Of a stretch of 64,000 bases of DNA, positions 60,747 through 64,000 are shown one piece after another. Every line of letters begins with the position of its first letter. Position 1 is the stretch's first letter. The position numbers and the translations under genes were made by a program. The notes under the pieces were generated by a model that ran no database searches, was not told the origin of the DNA, and was given only the letters and a program-made list of their open reading frames with translations. Source of the DNA: Candidatus Hermodarchaeota archaeon (GTDB lineage: Archaea; Asgardarchaeota; Lokiarchaeia; Sigyniarchaeales; SOKP01); the NCBI GenBank assembly GCA_048885925.1, contig JBHLLG010000007.1, forward strand, positions 1 through 64,000, in the 5' to 3' direction.

Positions 60747-61541
60747 TTAATCAGCAAATTCAACTCCTGGAACATCAAATCTCCATCTCTGCACATATAG
60801 CCATCCAATAACAAGAAATACGACCGAAAATAACATTAAGTATGGAAATAGTCCCATTAAAATAAAAGGATCAAGTACATCAGTAATTCTAGGATCAACA
60901 ACGAGTATGCGGAAGATACCAGCGAGACCTAATAGTAAACCACCTACTGCGACAAGATAGGCTGCTTTTGTAGTTTCTTTTGTTTTGATTGTAGTATATA
61001 TTGGAACACCTACCATTATGACCATTGATGGAATCACCGAAAACAGAAGCAAAAGTGCGGGTACCCATGTTATTTCAATAGCATCCAATCCTAGTAAATT
61101 TAAAAATAAAGCTCCTGAGGCATGGGCTACACTTGAGAAGCCTAGGAAGACTCCCATCAGAAAAATGTACACAAAGTATAACTGATGATATTTAAATCTG
61201 CCTAATAATCTCTTATCTGAGAAAACATCGGATAACATTCCTGTAGCTATTAATCCCGGAATAAAAGAGAATAAAAATGCTACAACAGAATCAAGTAGGA
61301 GTCCATAACTTCCTGTATTTGCTACCTGATGAAATACTATCCAAGAAGCAATAAATGATAAGCCCCAATACAAATGATGTGGCTTTCTAGTATTTACAAA
61401 ATCCACCAAAAGTAAAAATGCAGCTACAATAGCAATAATTATTGCAATCCAGAGTAAAACATCTGCACTTCGATATTCACCAAGGGATAAAGGATTAGCT
61501 GGGCCACTAGGGGGTTGAAGTAATCCCATATTTACTATCAC
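60747..61541 (-). CDS. Approximately 7-TM membrane protein of unknown function
   Basis: KPHHLYWGLSF; about seven hydrophobic segments. Confidence 0.7.
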   Translation of the reverse strand: MIVNMGLLQPPSGPANPLSLGEYRSADVLLWIAIIIAIVAAFLLLVDFVNTRKPHHLYWGLSFIASWIVFHQVANTGSYGLLLDSVVAFLFSFIPGLIATGMLSDVFSDKRLLGRFKYHQLYFVYIFLMGVFLGFSSVAHASGALFLNLLGLDAIEITWVPALLLLFSVIPSMVIMVGVPIYTTIKTKETTKAAYLVAVGGLLLGLAGIFRILVVDPRITDVLDPFILMGLFPYLMLFSVVFLVIGWLYVQRWRFDVPGVEFAD

Positions 61542-61638
61542 ATCTTTTTATATTTTTTTTTTAAAGTAGATTATACTTTGAACTAACCTTTAATTAAAAG
61601 TTTAGTTAAGAGTTATCAACGTAGTTTTCTTTATTAAA

Positions 61639-61729
61639 AATTCACTTTATAAAAATAAGTATTTTATTTATAAAGATCAAAGTAATAATTCACTTTTTAA
61701 AAATAAGTAATTATTTTATAAAGATCAAA
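61639..61729. repeat. Tandem 43-bp direct repeat (period 48) in a divergent intergenic region
   Basis: 61639-61681 versus 61687-61729, 39/43 identical; each copy contains ACTT-N9-AAGT. Confidence 0.8.
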
Positions 61730-61950
61730 AAAAATATCCAATTTAAAATGTAGTTAAACTAAAAATTCTATACGTTAAATTTAGAAATTTCTTTTGAGAT
61801 CATCTCGTTTTAAGAAAAGTAGATAATTTTGTCTATGAAATTATATTTAATTTTTTCCTTAGTTATTATCTTTTTAATTTTAAGCAAAATGTATATTAAT
61901 TAAAGTGTATTTTTTTTAAAAAATAGAATCTAATATAGGTATGATAAAAA

Positions 61951-62463
61951 ATGCTTAAAAAAAGATTTATTTTTATATTATCTATTTTCTTGATTGTTAG
62001 TATCTCAACAGCTTCTATTGGCGCCAAGGCAACTAGTCCAATGCATTTAGAACTTTCATATGATGAAAATACCGATATCCTTACTGTTTCATTTATCCAT
62101 GGAGTAACAGATCCAGATTATCATTATGTTAACTCTGTAACCATTAACGTCAGTGATCATATATTGCATAACTTTACAATTTCAAATTACTACTATACTA
62201 GCCAGCCAACAACAAACCTCTTTACTTATGAATATCCTGGTATTATAGCAAATGAATATGATCGCATAGAAGTAACAGCAAATTGTAATCTTCAAGGAAG
62301 CACACTAAGAGTTATGGAAGAAGTAGGTCACCCCCATGGTAAGAAAAAAGATAGTTTTGCTTCTGCCCTCATACCATCATTAATTTCTGCTTTGTTTGTA
62401 TTTGGAATAATTATGTTACCTCGACTTTTCCAAAAAAGAAGAATCAATAATTATAATTTTTAA
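61951..62463 (+). CDS. Exported Ig-like protein with His/His/Cys candidate metal ligands (superoxide reductase-like pattern) and C-terminal TM
   Basis: Signal peptide; LTVSFIHG...YHYV...IEVTANC; TM plus basic tail. Confidence 0.55.
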   Translation: MLKKRFIFILSIFLIVSISTASIGAKATSPMHLELSYDENTDILTVSFIHGVTDPDYHYVNSVTINVSDHILHNFTISNYYYTSQPTTNLFTYEYPGIIANEYDRIEVTANCNLQGSTLRVMEEVGHPHGKKKDSFASALIPSLISALFVFGIIMLPRLFQKRRINNYNF

Positions 62464-62668
62464 AAAAAAATAGATGTCTTTTTTTTACTTTTTCGTAAGA
62501 CTATTTATTAATAAAGATTTCTAAAAATCATTTTAAGCCAATATTTTAAAAAAGGGGTCATCCTTTGAATTATAATCATAACTTATATTAATAAAAATAA
62601 TATATTTAAATCAAAAATAATTTCTCGTAATAAAAAATTATTTTAAATAATTAAATGAGGTTTATTAA

Positions 62669-64000
62669 ATGGAAATTGAAGAAAGTTCCATTACAACGGA
62701 AATAATGATGGAAACACAGACAATTGAGAGAGAAAAGAAAGAAAGCTTCAAAAAAATTCATTATAGCTTAATTATCTTTATGTTTATTCAGGTTCTTTGG
62801 CTTCTTACTTTTTCAGAACCCTTAACAGTGCTTTTTGCTCGGGGAGAACCACTGATACCAATTCTTCACGATGATATAATATCAAGAACTGCTCGTTATG
62901 TAATGATATATCATTCTTTAGCAGTACCCTTTTTAGTAGCAAATACCTTTTGGATCTTGGAATACTATGAGATTCGTAAAAAATATATACCTACCTTAAA
63001 AATTCTTCTTCTAGCAGGAGCTTACATGGTTGGAATTGCAGGATTAATTTTTGCCTATACTCGTATAAGATTATTTCATGAAATTTTCTACTTTGGGCTA
63101 TTCTTAGTATTTTTAGGTGGAATTCTCTTTGTTATTTCAGCTTTTCCAATTCCTGGTAAATTTCCAGATCCTAAAACTGAGATAAGAGGATCAACATTTA
63201 ATAGATTAAATTTAGAATATATGAATCTTGTAATTTTAGCTATTTGCGTTATGGTTTCAACTATTATGGCAGCACTGGGAGCTTTGGAGAATTTTACTGG
63301 TACAATATGGGGTTTAGATCGTTCTCCCGAAGCATTCTTAGCTGAAGCTATTATTAGACGCCATCCCCATGACGTTGTTGAAGATTTTATAGTCTCTCAT
63401 CTTCATATACAACTTGCGCAATCAGCAGCAATGGTATTGATGGTTGCTTACCGTACAAGTAAAATGTCAGGAGCTGCTTATAAATATACATTAATTGGCA
63501 ACGCAATTGGAGTTATCATATTATCTTACGGTTCATGGATTTTAAACCATTTTATTATTTGGGTTGGTGCAGGTGTATTAATTTTTTGCACGATGGCGGT
63601 TGCTGGATTTGGTTGGAAGAATATAATATCTGATAAATTAGGGGAAAAATATAAATCTTCATCTCGTGGAACAAAGATTAAGACTTTATTTAAAGATCCT
63701 GTAAATTTTACATATTATTATCTCATCTTGTTTTCACATCTATTCGTTACAATAACTGGTATCATAGTTGGTCTCCAAGTAGATGAATATTATAGGCTTC
63801 CAGAAACTATCGAATTAGAGTATGACTTCAATGTTGGTCATTGGCACGTTCTTTCTGTATTAATAGCAATGGTATTAATGCTTAAATCTATTGACTTTTT
63901 CAATGTACAAGGCCGGCAACGACAGATTCTAGGTTGGATATTTTTCTTTGGTACAACTTTAACCTTTGGAGCGGCAGATCTTTATATGATACGTCGCTTA
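62669..64000 (+). CDS. Partial polytopic His-rich membrane protein running off the window end (absent from the ORF track)
   Basis: ATG at 62669 after GAGG; frame open to the end; motifs MIYHSLAVP, LFHEIF, IVSHLHIQL, LNHFI, VGHWHVL. Confidence 0.8.
   Translation, partial: MEIEESSITTEIMMETQTIEREKKESFKKIHYSLIIFMFIQVLWLLTFSEPLTVLFARGEPLIPILHDDIISRTARYVMIYHSLAVPFLVANTFWILEYYEIRKKYIPTLKILLLAGAYMVGIAGLIFAYTRIRLFHEIFYFGLFLVFLGGILFVISAFPIPGKFPDPKTEIRGSTFNRLNLEYMNLVILAICVMVSTIMAALGALENFTGTIWGLDRSPEAFLAEAIIRRHPHDVVEDFIVSHLHIQLAQSAAMVLMVAYRTSKMSGAAYKYTLIGNAIGVIILSYGSWILNHFIIWVGAGVLIFCTMAVAGFGWKNIISDKLGEKYKSSSRGTKIKTLFKDPVNFTYYYLILFSHLFVTITGIIVGLQVDEYYRLPETIELEYDFNVGHWHVLSVLIAMVLMLKSIDFFNVQGRQRQILGWIFFFGTTLTFGAADLYMIRRL

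Noticed and set aside
61639-61729. Direct repeats as a mini CRISPR array
   Set aside because: Only two copies with a 5-bp gap, no spacer-sized unique sequence and no cas genes.

Overview
Very AT-rich archaeal DNA, most likely an Asgard archaeon of the Lokiarchaeia type. This is inferred from longin/roadblock-GTPase proteins, an LRR protein, eL13 and a UGA-recoded selenoprotein followed by a SECIS-like fold. The first 32 kb holds housekeeping and eukaryote-signature genes. From 32 to 55 kb lies a redox island: vhuG-vhuA-vhuU(Sec)-hdrC-hdrB, two inverted Cys-tailed Lrp/AsnC regulators, a MarR-like gene, a minimal cytochrome c maturation set (ccmC-D-E, ccmB, ccmA, ccmF; no ccmG/H in the window) and an FAD/Fe-S dehydrogenase pair. 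Three exported proteins flanking the ccm genes carry HxxCH where CxxCH would be expected, and CcmE ends two residues after its Cys with no Tyr. Together these suggest a dedicated single-cysteine heme-attachment system (inference). Five promoters share a precise architecture: two GTTTCA-N3-TGAAAC-like boxes 30-31 bp apart, then 17 nt, then a TATA-like box. Three genes missing from the ORF track were read by hand: vhuU (33919-34068), ccmD (41002-41154) and a partial His-rich membrane protein (62669 to window end). No rRNA, tRNA, CRISPR array or transposase was recognised. All product calls rest on motif recognition by eye, not on database searches.
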